Shown: one piece after another, positions 37,456 to 48,662 of the stretch
Numbering within the stretch: the first letter of the stretch is position 1
Layout: every line of letters begins with the position of its first letter
Assembly: GCA_963804165.1 (NCBI GenBank)
Contig: CAWDPO010000006.1
Span: forward strand, 32,001-96,000
DNA length: 64,000 bases
Source of the DNA: an uncultured delta proteobacterium
GTDB taxonomy: Bacteria; Desulfobacterota; Binatia; UBA9968
Direction: 5' to 3'
Program-made: the position numbers and the translations under genes
Notes under the pieces: generated by a model
Seen by the model: only the letters and a program-made list of their open reading frames with translations
The model's database searches: none
What the model was told of the DNA's origin: nothing

Positions 37456-39595
37456 GTTTTGAATGAAGCGTAGCGCGAGAATCGTAAGATCGTCCGACGG
37501 CGGCGCGCCCGCGGTGAATTTTTTCACGTCTGCGTGCAGCCGCGTGCAGGCCGCTGCCGCATCGGCGGCACGCTCTTCGGCGAAACATTGGATCGCGCGC
37601 GATGTGCCGTAGTGCGCTTGGTGTTCATTTTCCGCCTCGGTCACACCGTCGGTTATAAAAAGCAAACCATCGCCGGACGCGAGCTTCACCCGCTGGATCG
37701 TGTAAGAAAACTCTTCATCCACACAAAGCGGCGGTCCGTCGGCGCCGTCGAGTTGCAACGGCGACCCCGTCGATGGCAACAAAATCGGCGCATTGTGGCC
37801 GGCGTTGCATAGCTCCACGTCGCCGGAGCGCGCGTCGATGATACCGATGATCGCCGTCACAAACATCGCCGCCGGGTTTTCCCGAGAAATCTCGTCGTTG
37901 ACCAAACGCAGCAATTGCTCCAACGGCACGCGCTCCCGGCGCGCCAGACTCTTGGCCAGCGTCTTGGTCAGAGCCATAAAGAGCGACGCGGCAACCCCCT
38001 TACCGGAAACATCGCCAATCATGAAACACAAGCGGCAGCTCGTCGAGCATGAACGCATCATACAGGTCGCCGCCGACTTCTTGCGCCGGCTCCAACAGGG
38101 CGTAGAAATCAATGGTTCGAGGCAGGCCTTCGATGGCGCGGGGATTGGGCAGCATGCCCATCTGAATTTCGCGCGCCGCGCGCAGCTCCCCGTCCATGCG
38201 CAAACGCTCCATGCGTTGCTCTTCCAAGACCGCAGCGAGCTCGCGCCGTCGCCGCTCCGACGCGGCAAATCCGGCGAACAGTAGCAGCAAAATGACGAGC
38301 GTGTTTATCGCGAAGGGAAAAGTCGGATCGTAGAGAAAATGGTACTGCCTGAAGAGCATTAAACTGAGGATCGCCAGGACCACAGTGCCGCCAAACAATA
38401 TCGCCGCGGTATGGATCGGGCGAAGCTGCGGAAAGAAAAGAATCAGCGGCAGAGCAAGCGCGAACAATGACAGCAATTCCCACCAGCGCGCCGACGGCGG
38501 CCGCTGCAGGCGGCTGCCTTCAAGAATATTTTCCACGAATTGAGCTTGGATCTCGACGCCGTCCATGCGCGAGTTGGCCGGCGTCGCGGCCACGTCGCTG
38601 ACGCCCACGGCTGTGGCGCCGACGATCGCCACTTGACCCGCCAGAGCGCCGGATTTGACTTCGCCGTTGAGAATCTCTGCCGCGGAAATTCGCCGCGCAG
38701 CGTAGGCCGGCGAATAATAAAGCCGCATGCGGCCATCGCCGTCGGTCGGGATGAACGAGTCACCGATTTGCACGCCGACCACGCCGCTCTGGTCGCTGCG
38801 CACGCTGTATTGTTTCTCGCCGGTGGCGACACGCAGAATTTCCAGGGCCAGCGCCGGCGCCGGCGCGCCGTTGACCGCCATGATCAATGGCATGGCGCGC
38901 AACGTGCCATCGCTGTCGCGCGTATCGTTGACGTAGCCGCGCCCCGTTGCCGCCGCTTCGATCTCGGGAAGATTGGCAAGCTCCGCCGGGAACGAGCGCA
39001 AATGAGGCAGCGGCGATTCGCCGATGATGATCACCGGGGTTTGCGTGGCAACAGGGCTCGCCTTCGGTTTACCGTCAAGTGCGGCACGCGCAATCACCGA
39101 TGGAACCCGGCGCATTGTATTCGCCAAAACCGCGTCGTTGGAGGGCAGCTGCGCGAGCGCATCGCGCTGCGTTGGGGTCAGTTCGGACCGGCTCGCAAGG
39201 AGATAGCGTGGAGAAAGATCGTCCGCCTCCGGCATGATGATATCGATCCCAACCGCCAGTGCGCCAAGCTTGTGCGTCGCCTCGATCAACTGTGCCAGGC
39301 GCGTGCGCGGCCACGGCCAGCGGCCAAACGCAGCGAGACTGCGGTCGTCGATATCGATGATCACCGCGGGAAAGCGGGAAACCTGCCGCGGCATGAAGCG
39401 CTGGTAGGCGTCGAATACGAGATTGCGCGGCGGGCTCCAAACCCGATCGCCTACGGTAATGTGAAACAGAGCGGCGACAAGCAACAGCGCGACGGCAGCG
39501 CTTCGCCCTTCGCCGTGACACAGCCGGGTCAACAGCGGCGCGGACCACCAGCCGCCAGTCAAATTTTTGGCGAAGTCTCCGTCTGTGGTCGTCAA
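37444..39595 (-). CDS. CHASE2-domain membrane sensor with SpoIIE/PP2C phosphatase; frameshift near 38030
   Basis: IDIDDRSL..GRWPWPR and GVEIQAQ (CHASE2), three TMs, then VGGDLYD, IGDVSGKG, NAGH, TDGVTEA, DDLT (PP2C). Confidence 0.9.
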
Positions 39596-39599
39596 GAGC

Positions 39600-40562
39600 T
39601 TACACGTCGATGACTAACCCGTCGTAGGCGGCGGAGACTTGGAGCGCCTGCCCGTCACCGGCGATCTCGGCATAACGGCGGGTCTCGCCGAGGATGGTAT
39701 GAATGGTCTCATCGCCGTGAGCAGGCTCGTGATGGAACATGCAGTAATGCTTGACGTGCGCCCGTAAGCAGAGATCGACGCCGACCACGTTGCTCGAATG
39801 CCCCCAGTCCTCTTTGGAGTTGATCATCTCGTTGAGGGAGTACATGGCATCGAGCACGACCAGATCCGCGTTGCGATAAAATTCCACGATGCCTTCCGTT
39901 TCCGGCTCTGATTGCAGTTTATGTTCGGTATCGGTGGAATAGACCAAAGCTTTGCCGTTCTGCTCGAAGCGGTAGCCGTAGGAATCCCCGGGATGCGGCT
40001 GCAACTTCGCCTTGACCCGCAGACCATCGATTTCGTACCAGAGATCCGCGTCCAAATGGACAAATTCGATGGTCGCGCCTAAGTGGTTCCATTTCACCGG
40101 AAAACAGGGAGCCGAGTGCTGACGGCGAAACGCTTCTTCGAGCACGGCGACGGGATGCCCGCCGTGAATGCGGATGGTATTGCCCGGGATGTAGGCGGGC
40201 GTAAAGAACGGGAAGCCCATGATGTGGTCCCAATGCACATGGGACATAAAAAAATTGTAGATTTGCGGCTGCCCCGTCCCGTGTTTTCTCATGACCCGTT
40301 GACCTAGACAACGCAGGCCTGACCCCATGTCGCAGCACGTGTAATGATCTCCGCCGATGATTTCCATGCAGGACGAGTTGCCACCGTAAGTGGAACGCAC
40401 TGGAAACTCCAATTCGGCGTCGATGAATTGTTCGGCAGCGCCTGCGTTGTCGAAACGCCTGCCGTTGGCTTTGAGCAAGGCCCGCCTGACTTTCTCCCGG
40501 ATCGCCACACCGTCCGGCGCCACGGGAAGCGAGCCGCGCGTGCCCCAAAAATATGCCTGCAT
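39600..40562 (-). CDS. MBL-fold metallo-hydrolase
   Basis: FWGTRGS, YGGNSSC, SHVHWDH, WGHS, FHHEP. Confidence 0.9.
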   Translation of the reverse strand: MQAYFWGTRGSLPVAPDGVAIREKVRRALLKANGRRFDNAGAAEQFIDAELEFPVRSTYGGNSSCMEIIGGDHYTCCDMGSGLRCLGQRVMRKHGTGQPQIYNFFMSHVHWDHIMGFPFFTPAYIPGNTIRIHGGHPVAVLEEAFRRQHSAPCFPVKWNHLGATIEFVHLDADLWYEIDGLRVKAKLQPHPGDSYGYRFEQNGKALVYSTDTEHKLQSEPETEGIVEFYRNADLVVLDAMYSLNEMINSKEDWGHSSNVVGVDLCLRAHVKHYCMFHHEPAHGDETIHTILGETRRYAEIAGDGQALQVSAAYDGLVIDV

Positions 40563-40580
40563 CTTTCCTCCGGGATACCC

Positions 40581-41033
40581 TCAAGTCGCTGCCGGTTCAC
40601 CGCGCAGCCTGGGGGTCGCATGGACGATCACATACAACACATTGCGGATATCTTCACGCCGATAGCTTGCCTCGTCAATGAGAGCGCGCAACATCGGCAC
40701 GCCGATGCCGCCGACATCGCGCCGATCAAGATCCACCGAAAGATCCGGCGCCGACAGGGCCAGCATATTGAAGGCCCGGCCATAGTCGACAAACTCCAGC
40801 GCCAATTTCGCGCCGTCGAGCGGCTCGCAGCAAAGCTCTACGCTGCCGAGCTGATCGCCATAGCTGTGCCGGCAAATATTGGCGACTATCTCTTCGACCA
40901 CCAGCTCGATTTCGCGCACGCGGGCGAGGGGAAAGCCCGCTTCAAGCGCCCGCGCCGCGGCGAATTCCGTACAGCGCGCCACCGCGTCGATGGTGGGCGA
41001 CGACATCCAGCCGCTCGCTCCTGGCTCCGTCAT
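40581..41033 (-). CDS. Anti-sigma factor Ser/Thr kinase (RsbW-like HATPase)
   Basis: ELVVEEIVANICRHSY, DYGRAF, GGIG. Confidence 0.85.
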   Translation of the reverse strand: MTEPGASGWMSSPTIDAVARCTEFAAARALEAGFPLARVREIELVVEEIVANICRHSYGDQLGSVELCCEPLDGAKLALEFVDYGRAFNMLALSAPDLSVDLDRRDVGGIGVPMLRALIDEASYRREDIRNVLYVIVHATPRLRGEPAAT

Positions 41034-41038
41034 TGCCG

Positions 41039-41413
41039 CTATCCTTTGCCGTACAACGCCGCGGCTGCCGGAGAGATCGCCGCCAGCGCTTGGCGTACGG
41101 TGGGATAGATCTCCAGCACCTTGTCGAAGCGTCCGATCTTGAAAACTTCTTGAATGGTCGGCTTTAGGGCAGCGAGCACCATCTTGCCGCCCTGCTTGCG
41201 ACAGCCCTTCGCCGCGATCATCAATACCCGCAAGCCGGCGCTGCTCATGTAGTTGACCTTGCTGAGGTCGAGCAGCAATTTTTTGTCTTCACCGGCGCAT
41301 CCGTTGACGTGACGCAACAAGGAGCTGCCAAAAGCGGGTGCGGTTCCGTGGTCGATGCGTCCTGCGACTTCGATGAGCACGACGTTGGCGAGCTTTCGTT
41401 CTTTGCATTCCAT
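41039..41413 (-). CDS. STAS anti-anti-sigma factor (RsbV-like)
   Basis: GRID, DLSKVNYMSSAGLRVL with phosphoacceptor Ser. Confidence 0.9.
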   Translation of the reverse strand: MECKERKLANVVLIEVAGRIDHGTAPAFGSSLLRHVNGCAGEDKKLLLDLSKVNYMSSAGLRVLMIAAKGCRKQGGKMVLAALKPTIQEVFKIGRFDKVLEIYPTVRQALAAISPAAAALYGKG

Positions 41414-41654
41414 CTTCGCACCTCGCGGGCTTGCCGACTTTCGTTAACGGCGCCGGCTGCACGGCAACATCGATCCGAGGCGTGACGCAAACCATGACAA
41501 TGCCGTCAAGCTACAATTTACTCTGTGCAACACGAGAAACAAAGTCCCAAAAATAGCCCGCAGCTTAGCGCAACGGCCATCGCCGGACGTTCGTTATTGC
41601 TTTTTCTCCCCGCCTGAACTAATCAGACCTATCAGTTAGTCAGGAGGTTTTACA

Positions 41655-43280
41655 ATGGCTGAAACAAATGTGGCCGATACTTTGGTCGAATATCTTAGTT
41701 CCAGAGGCGTGCAAAATATTTTCGGCGTGCTGGCTCATACTTCGTTTGCGATCGGCGATGCCATTGCGAAACGCCCGCACATGAAATTTATCAATGCCCA
41801 GCACGAGGGCGGTGCAGGGAATATGGCGCTCGGCTACGCCCGCGCGACGAAAAAACCCGCTGTGTGTTTGGTTTCCGCCGGCGGCGGCGCGACCAACATC
41901 GTCACCGCCGTCGCGCAAGCTCACAAAGAATCCGTGCCACTGTTCGTCATCTCATCGGACATCGACACCGCCGCTTCAGCGAAAAGCCCTTATTCGTCGT
42001 TCCACGGGATGGAGCATGTGAGACTGTTTCAGCCGATCACCAAGCAGAGCGCAAAACTCGAACGCATCGAAGAACTAGGATCGCTGCTGGACACACTCTT
42101 CCGCCAGACCACGCGCGGTCGCCAAGGTCCGGTTTTTCTCATCGTCCCTGAAGATCTGCAGCATGAGAATCTTCCCGAGCCGTTGAGCTTCGCGCCCACG
42201 GCGGAGCCCGTCGCACCGGCGATGGACGCGGCCGCCACGCGTGTCGCCGTGGATCTGCTACTCCAGGCAAACACTCCGGTCGTACTCGCCGGCACCGGTG
42301 TCGACTGGGCAGGCGCGCGCGACGAAGTGCGCGAGCTTGCCGAGCTGTTATCGATGCCCGTTGCGGTGAGTTACACCGCCAAGGGCGTTTTTCCCGAGAA
42401 CCATCCGCTTGCGCTCGGTTGCCTCGGCTTCGGTAGCCGCCCTTATGCGCGTAAATTCTTTCAGGAGTCCGATTTGATTCTGGCTTTGGGCGCGACCTTC
42501 AGCGAAGGCACGACGATGCGCTTCGGCCACGAGATCATCCCCGCGAAGGCCAGGATCGTGCAGATCGACACCGATCCTGATGAGCTCGGCAGCAATTATC
42601 CGACCACGCTTTCGATTCAAGCCGACGCCAAGATCGCTCTTCGCGCGATCATCGATGAAGTCAAGAAACGCCAACCGAAGCCGGCAGCGACCGGTGCGAG
42701 AGCAGAATCGATCAAGCAAGCCAAAGAAGCTTGGAAGAACGACATCGAGCAAAAACCTGCCAACAACGGCTTGACCTACGAATCCGTGATGCGAGCGCTC
42801 AACGAGTTGCTCACGGGCAACGAAATTCTGACGACTTCGGGTATGACCGGCGACACGTTGCGCGGCATCGATGCCGTGAATCCGGTCATCCACGCCGGCG
42901 AGTTCCGCGCCATCGGCACCGCGCTTGCGACCGCAATGGGCGTCAAACTCGGCTGCCCCGATGCGCGCGTGATCTGCGTCACCGGCGACGGCTCGTTCAT
43001 GATGGAGCAGCAAGAGCTCGCGACTGCGACCTATCACAAAATCCCAATATTCGTCCTCATCCTGCGCAACAACGCCTACGGCGGTATGAAACGCGACCAG
43101 ATGAAAACCTACGGCGGCCGCGTCATCGGCACCGAGCTTTTCATCCCCGATCTACCCAAACTCGCCGAGCTTTACGGCGCCAAAGGTTTCGCCGTTACGC
43201 GCAAAGAAGAATTGAAACCGGTTTTCCAGCAAGCGCTGGCGTCGGATGATTTTGTCGTCGTGGATGTGAAGCTGGATTAA
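41655..43280 (+). CDS. Thiamine-diphosphate-dependent enzyme (acetolactate synthase-like)
   Basis: HEGGAG, GDGSF...NNAYG ThDP motif. Confidence 0.9.
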   Translation: MAETNVADTLVEYLSSRGVQNIFGVLAHTSFAIGDAIAKRPHMKFINAQHEGGAGNMALGYARATKKPAVCLVSAGGGATNIVTAVAQAHKESVPLFVISSDIDTAASAKSPYSSFHGMEHVRLFQPITKQSAKLERIEELGSLLDTLFRQTTRGRQGPVFLIVPEDLQHENLPEPLSFAPTAEPVAPAMDAAATRVAVDLLLQANTPVVLAGTGVDWAGARDEVRELAELLSMPVAVSYTAKGVFPENHPLALGCLGFGSRPYARKFFQESDLILALGATFSEGTTMRFGHEIIPAKARIVQIDTDPDELGSNYPTTLSIQADAKIALRAIIDEVKKRQPKPAATGARAESIKQAKEAWKNDIEQKPANNGLTYESVMRALNELLTGNEILTTSGMTGDTLRGIDAVNPVIHAGEFRAIGTALATAMGVKLGCPDARVICVTGDGSFMMEQQELATATYHKIPIFVLILRNNAYGGMKRDQMKTYGGRVIGTELFIPDLPKLAELYGAKGFAVTRKEELKPVFQQALASDDFVVVDVKLD

Positions 43281-43294
43281 TGCGATCCACGTGA

Positions 43295-43853
<559 letters not shown>

Positions 43854-43919
43854 CCTGCGAGTTGTATGCAGACTCTTACCGCTTTCGTCTAACTGACATC
43901 GACGCACCAAAATGAGCGC

Positions 43920-44216
43920 TTGCGACAAGGCGAACTCAAAGGCATTAAGGCAACGAAGAAGTTACAGTATTTAGTTCGTATTAACAAAGATCCCGACAGC
44001 GATTGGGGGGCTTCGGTGCCTGACCTACCAGGGTGTGTTGCAACTGGAAAAACGATCGATTCGGCTCTTCGACGCATTCAAAGCGCCATCGCGCTTCATC
44101 TTCGTGGACTGCGCGAGGATGGCATCAAACTACCCCTCTCTCGGCATCGCTCAGTTGCTCCAAAGCGCACACCGCGAGTAGTAGATTTTTACGCGACGGT
44201 CGAGGTTACCGCCTGA
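43920..44216 (+). CDS. hicB: HicB family antitoxin (orphan)
   Basis: WGASVPDLPGCVATGKT...AIALHL; no hicA seen. Confidence 0.8.
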   Translation: MRQGELKGIKATKKLQYLVRINKDPDSDWGASVPDLPGCVATGKTIDSALRRIQSAIALHLRGLREDGIKLPLSRHRSVAPKRTPRVVDFYATVEVTA

Positions 44217-44291
44217 CGACTCGCGTAAACTGTTTTAAAGATAGCCGCTGGTTTCCACTCCACTTCATCCGTGTTGCGAATCTACAATCTC

Positions 44292-44765
44292 TCAAATTAA
44301 GTGGTCGAGCAGGTCAGTTTTCGTCAGGATGATGTGACACCGTTGAACTTCGTTTAGTAAGTCGCTTCCTGTCATCCTAACATTGAAAAAGCTGTGGACA
44401 ATTGGCGGTTGGACCATCGTATCGAGTCTTGCGTCCCGATGAGGGTCTGGAATGAAGCAGATTCGCTTCTCCCCATCGACCCTGGGAGTAATGTCTCGCA
44501 ATCTCCCAGTATTGTCTTTCCAAACACAGTGGAACTCAGCCTCGCAAAACCGAGTCGTGTTGTTCTGCCATAAAATCCACCCGAAGATAAGTTCGCCACC
44601 GTGATATTTTTTCTGGATCATACAGTTGAGAACGCAGTGAAGCCTCTCCGGTGTGAAGCCGGCAACTCTTGTCAGTTTCATCCAAACTGCGGACGAGACA
44701 TCAAGTCCAATCTTGCTGATGAGACACGCCGCCTGAGCATTGATTTTCTTGGGTGTTGTCTCCAT
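44292..44765 (-). CDS. Hypothetical protein, possible Cys-His-Asp hydrolase
   Basis: 157-aa lower-GC ORF with HCVLN, GWILW, EAEFHCVW, DITP. Confidence 0.6.
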   Translation of the reverse strand: METTPKKINAQAACLISKIGLDVSSAVWMKLTRVAGFTPERLHCVLNCMIQKKYHGGELIFGWILWQNNTTRFCEAEFHCVWKDNTGRLRDITPRVDGEKRICFIPDPHRDARLDTMVQPPIVHSFFNVRMTGSDLLNEVQRCHIILTKTDLLDHLI

Positions 44766-45378
44766 TGTTTGGCTTTAACCTATCTGGTTCCATCTCTGTC
44801 GTCTATCTGACACAATCACAGGTCTTGATTGTTTTCAGGCTTTGACGATAAAACGCAATACGTTAGTAGCTCAAGCATGAGGCATTGATCCTAAATAGTG
44901 CAAGCCAGATTTATTACTGCGCTTCGAGACATTGAAATTAAGGGCCAATTGGGCAAGGGATTCTGTTTGTCAAGCGGCCTGTTTCTCACGAACGATCAAA
45001 GCGTTGTCAGGGGACTCATTACAAAACCACTTGAAGCGTGCGCAGGGCGGCTTGAAATTGAAACTATCCAAAACGCTCCAGCCTCGGTATACAGCATCGA
45101 AAAGTTCGACACACTCGGCGATCGGGTAGAAGAAAGCAAGAGCCGGATTATTTCTCATCTCCGTTTCTTGCAGGCCTTTCTGATGGGAGCCTGACTCGTG
45201 CGGTATAACGCCGCCAATTCAGAGGCCGGTTTCTTTGAGTATCGATTCTGCTGAAGAACCCCTCATTTTGATTTGTGATCGACGTTAAGAATGGTGCTAC
45301 GACGAGGGTAATGTTGCCGAGCGAGAAATTTTGACCTGCTACGGCGCCACAAGCAAGAGAAGTGGCTCGCTCTTAGCC

Positions 45379-46984
45379 TTAGGCAGGGCTGAGAGCCGAT
45401 GTTCTCATCTGGAAGGCGAGCAGATTTAGATATCGTTTCACATTGCAAGCGGCTCCCATCAAATAATGCGATAGCCCGACTCGGCTCAGCCCCCGATATT
45501 TCGTCCGTCTCAGCCCGTGCCCGCGCACCAACTCGCTGTGGGTCCCCTCTATCCCGTTTCGCGGATGCATGCTCTTTGAGAACCCGCTCTGTTTCATTTC
45601 TCTGCGCCGCTGCTCGACCAGATCATGGCGCAGTCCCACGACCAAAGTTCTCCGTCCACTCTTGGAACGTGTACACTGATTTTGTACAGGACAACTATCA
45701 CATTGATTACCCCACTCGATGCGATAGTACTCGGTTCCCATGTAGCTATCTTTGATGCGGCTGCACTGCGTGCTGAGTTTGCCCTGGGGACAAACTGCCT
45801 GGCGTTTGTCGATATCAACATGGAACGCATCGCTATTGTACGCTCCCTTGTGCGGGTCGGGACACGTCGGGCCTAATAACTCGATGCCGTTTTGTTCAGC
45901 TTGCGTTAAGGTGTTCTCGGTGACGTAACCGGCATCGGTATACATCGCCTGGGGTGTGATCTCATGGTGCTGCTGTTCTCTTTTGAGCGTCTCGGTTAAA
46001 CCCGCCATCTCGTCCTGGGCCGCCTCGGTGGTCAGTATCTCGGTAATAAAATGCTCGGCGGGCTCGCCTTTTTTCTTGATGGGTTGTTGTGGATCGACGC
46101 TCTCCGCCACATGCACCTTGTAGCCGGTCCACTGCTTGGTCCTCTTATCGGCATAATGCGCATCGGGATCATGCGGGTTCTGTACCGCGCGGGGCGGCCG
46201 CTTGGTGGCGGGCTCAAGCTTTCCCTCGACCACCTCAAAGTGCTCCTCAAAGACCCGGCGCAAAAGTTTCACCGCCTCCCGTTCCCTGAGCTTAGAATCA
46301 TTTCTGTCTAGCCACTCCAAAAGCTCTCTCATGTGTTGCCCACACTGCCGATAGCGCCTATCGTGCTCGGTCTTGCTTAATCGCCAATCGAGTTTGCTCT
46401 GCACGTACAACTCCCATAGTCTGTCCCAAAACTCGGGCCGCTTTTTCTTCCCAACTTCATGTTCCAAATCCTCCACCGCCAAGCGCAGCGTCTCCATCGC
46501 GCACTCCAAGTAGCTCATCGCTTTCACGTATCCACGATATGGGTGCTATCGAGCCGCTGCTTGCCCTTTTTCTTCACCAATCCCAACTCCACCAGGAGCT
46601 TTAAGATCCCGTCAAAAATCATCCGCTCGGCTTTTTTCTTTTCCAGCCGGTCGCGAAAATAAACCAACACCGTGGAATGAAACCCGTCGTAGTCCAGTTC
46701 CAAATCCAGGGCGTACTTCCAACCCAAGTGATACACCACCTGCTCGGTGGCCGAGCGGTCGGCCGCTTTCTCCATGAACTGCAGCAGCGTCACCCCGCAT
46801 AACAGCACCGGATCGATAGCCGGTCGCCCGTTATCCTCGCAGTAAAGCGCATGAAGCTTAGCTGAAAGCTCTAAAAGCTTGGGCCAGATCTTTTTAAACA
46901 GCGGTAGCGGTTGGCGGACCGAAAAGATTTCAGCAAGATAGACGGTTGATAAAAGCTTCTCTGGGATCGGCAGTGCTTACTCAT
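45379..46984 (-). pseudogene. IS1182-family DDE transposase, frameshifted
   Basis: GRPAIDPV, RLDSTHI, WTGYKVH, TDAGY, GIEGTHSELVRGHGLRRTKYRG; breaks near 46525 and in the 5' part. Confidence 0.85.
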
Positions 46985-47036
46985 GGAAAATATGAAGGCA
47001 CATCTCGCTGTAACGTTATAATAACTAGAGTCGCAA

Positions 47037-47208
47037 ATGAACTATCCCACTAAAGTCCAGGCATCCGCACAAAAGGCCGTCTCAGGTTGTGTAACTGCGC
47101 TGCCCTAGCTGCGGCATTGATATCGAACCAGGGGAGATGGTGCAGTGGAAAGTCGACACCCGTTACAAACTCTTCCTCATCCGCCAACGACCTAAGAAAA
47201 GAAAATAA
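47037..47208 (+). pseudogene. Degenerate small AbrB-like passenger ORF in IS
   Basis: MNYPTKVQ... and GIDIEPGEMVQWKVDTRYKLFLIRQRPKKRK* in different frames. Confidence 0.45.
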
Positions 47209-47977
47209 CCATGAGGGGTTTTTCAACAGAATCAGTATCCATACAAGGCCCTTGCTGCGCAGGTTTCGACTCACTCGCTAGCCATTCAGTTCAGTGACGC
47301 TAGGGGCACGTGCGATGTAAAAACCTTTGATGGACAAGATCTTACGAGCGCTCGGGATATTATTCAGACGGTGTTCGGTGCCGACGAGGAAACTTTTGAA
47401 TCTGTCAAGATTAACCCGACGATTCCGCACGAAATCGATCGGCTCGAACGTGCGTGGTATTTTGCGCAAGCAGCCAGGGCTACTTCAGACGTTGGTTTGA
47501 AGCTCTCAAACTACATGACCTGCCTAGAGTGTCTCTTCACAACGGATTCCCACGAATTGTCTCACAAATTGTCTGAACGAGTAGCTGCTTTTTTGGGTGC
47601 TAATCTGAACGAACGAAAAACGATCTATCGCCGAATAAAGGATTCATATAACGTACGATCGAAAGTTGTTCATGGTGATCGCTTAACACCGAAGCTTATC
47701 GGACGGTAAGGGAGTTGTCTGCAACCTGCGATGACTTGCTCCGACGCACACTCCTAAGAATCTTTCGCGATAAGAAGTTGGAGGAAATTTTCCGAGGCGA
47801 GAACAACCTGCTAGAAGAACACTTTCTCGATGCAACACTTGGTGACATAACTGGTGACAACCAGAAGCCGGAAATTTAGTGTTAGGCATTTGCGTTGATT
47901 GAACTTAATTTCCGCTCGCTCGCAATAACTGAGTACGCATACCGCACAAGTTTTCCGTTTCTAAGAGGAGAAATACA

Positions 47978-48454
47978 ATGCCACTTCAACTACGACGGAT
48001 AGTCACCGGACATGACTCCAACGGCCGTGCGGTCGTCAAGATCGATGAGGTTTCCAAAAATCTCGTCTCGAGTCGACCAGGATCGACGGCTTGTGTGGTG
48101 TGGACTTCGGAATCTTTTCCGGTCGACAACACAGGCGACACCGACGAGGGACTACGAAAGGTCGGAACGACGTTGAACAACGGCACGGTGTTTCGCGTCG
48201 TCGAGTTCGCGCCTGGGGTCGCACCGCGGGTTCATCGGACGGATTCCATCGATTACGCCGTCGTCATGTCGGGCGAGATCGACATGGAACTCGACGACTC
48301 TGTCGTCCATTTGAAAGCCGGCGACGTGCTCGTGCAGCGCGGCACGATCCACAATTGGGTCAATCGCGGTACCGAAGCTTGCGTGATCGCTTTCATCCTT
48401 ATCGACGCCAAGCCGGTAGAGGTTAGCGGTAAAGTTCTGCATGCCGAAGGATAG
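47978..48454 (+). CDS. Cupin domain protein
   Basis: RRIVTGHD, HRTDSIDY, VQRGTIHNW. Confidence 0.9.
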   Translation: MPLQLRRIVTGHDSNGRAVVKIDEVSKNLVSSRPGSTACVVWTSESFPVDNTGDTDEGLRKVGTTLNNGTVFRVVEFAPGVAPRVHRTDSIDYAVVMSGEIDMELDDSVVHLKAGDVLVQRGTIHNWVNRGTEACVIAFILIDAKPVEVSGKVLHAEG

Positions 48455-48619
48455 TTCGGCGTAAGTCTGTAGATTCCTCCCGGTTCAAAAAATTTGACTT
48501 CGTTGAGCATCTTGCCAGCTGAAGCCAGTCTTTCAGACATGCTATACGCGCCTTCCTTGGTTGGTCTAAATCCCTAATTTCTCTGCCAATTAACAAAACT
48601 AATTGCCACGCATTGTCTC

Positions 48620-48662
48620 TTGAACACATGTTTAATACAATTGTTTGAAACATATGATTAAA
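48620..48662 (+). promoter_or_regulatory. Probable autoregulatory operator of TetR/CerR
   Basis: AT-rich overlapping dyads (ttgaacacatgtttaa, acaattgt, ttgaaacatatgattaaa) spanning the start codon. Confidence 0.45.

Larger units (their letters stand above)
45244..47233 (-). mobile_element. IS1182-family insertion sequence (1990 bp)
   Basis: 23-bp IRs (21/23 match) at 45244-45266 and 47211-47233; direct repeat AGTATC at 45238-45243 and 47234-47239. Confidence 0.9.
44898..47879 (+). pseudogene. ApeA-like HEPN domain protein interrupted by IS
   Basis: Removing the IS rejoins the frame (GFFEY|PYKAL...VFGADEE); LECLF..ELSHKLSERVA and RSKVVH (RxxxxH); TGA at 45192; frameshift near 47705. Confidence 0.8.

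Noticed and set aside
38540-39613. Long antisense ORFs (also 6558..7538 and 29740..30468)
   Set aside because: Shadow frames of well-supported genes in GC-rich DNA, with no recognisable motifs.
45192-45194. In-frame TGA as selenocysteine
   Set aside because: Context fits Trp, and the gene is already disrupted by an IS.
46520-46530. Programmed frameshift in the transposase
   Set aside because: No slippery heptamer at the break, and other lesions exist in the 5' part.
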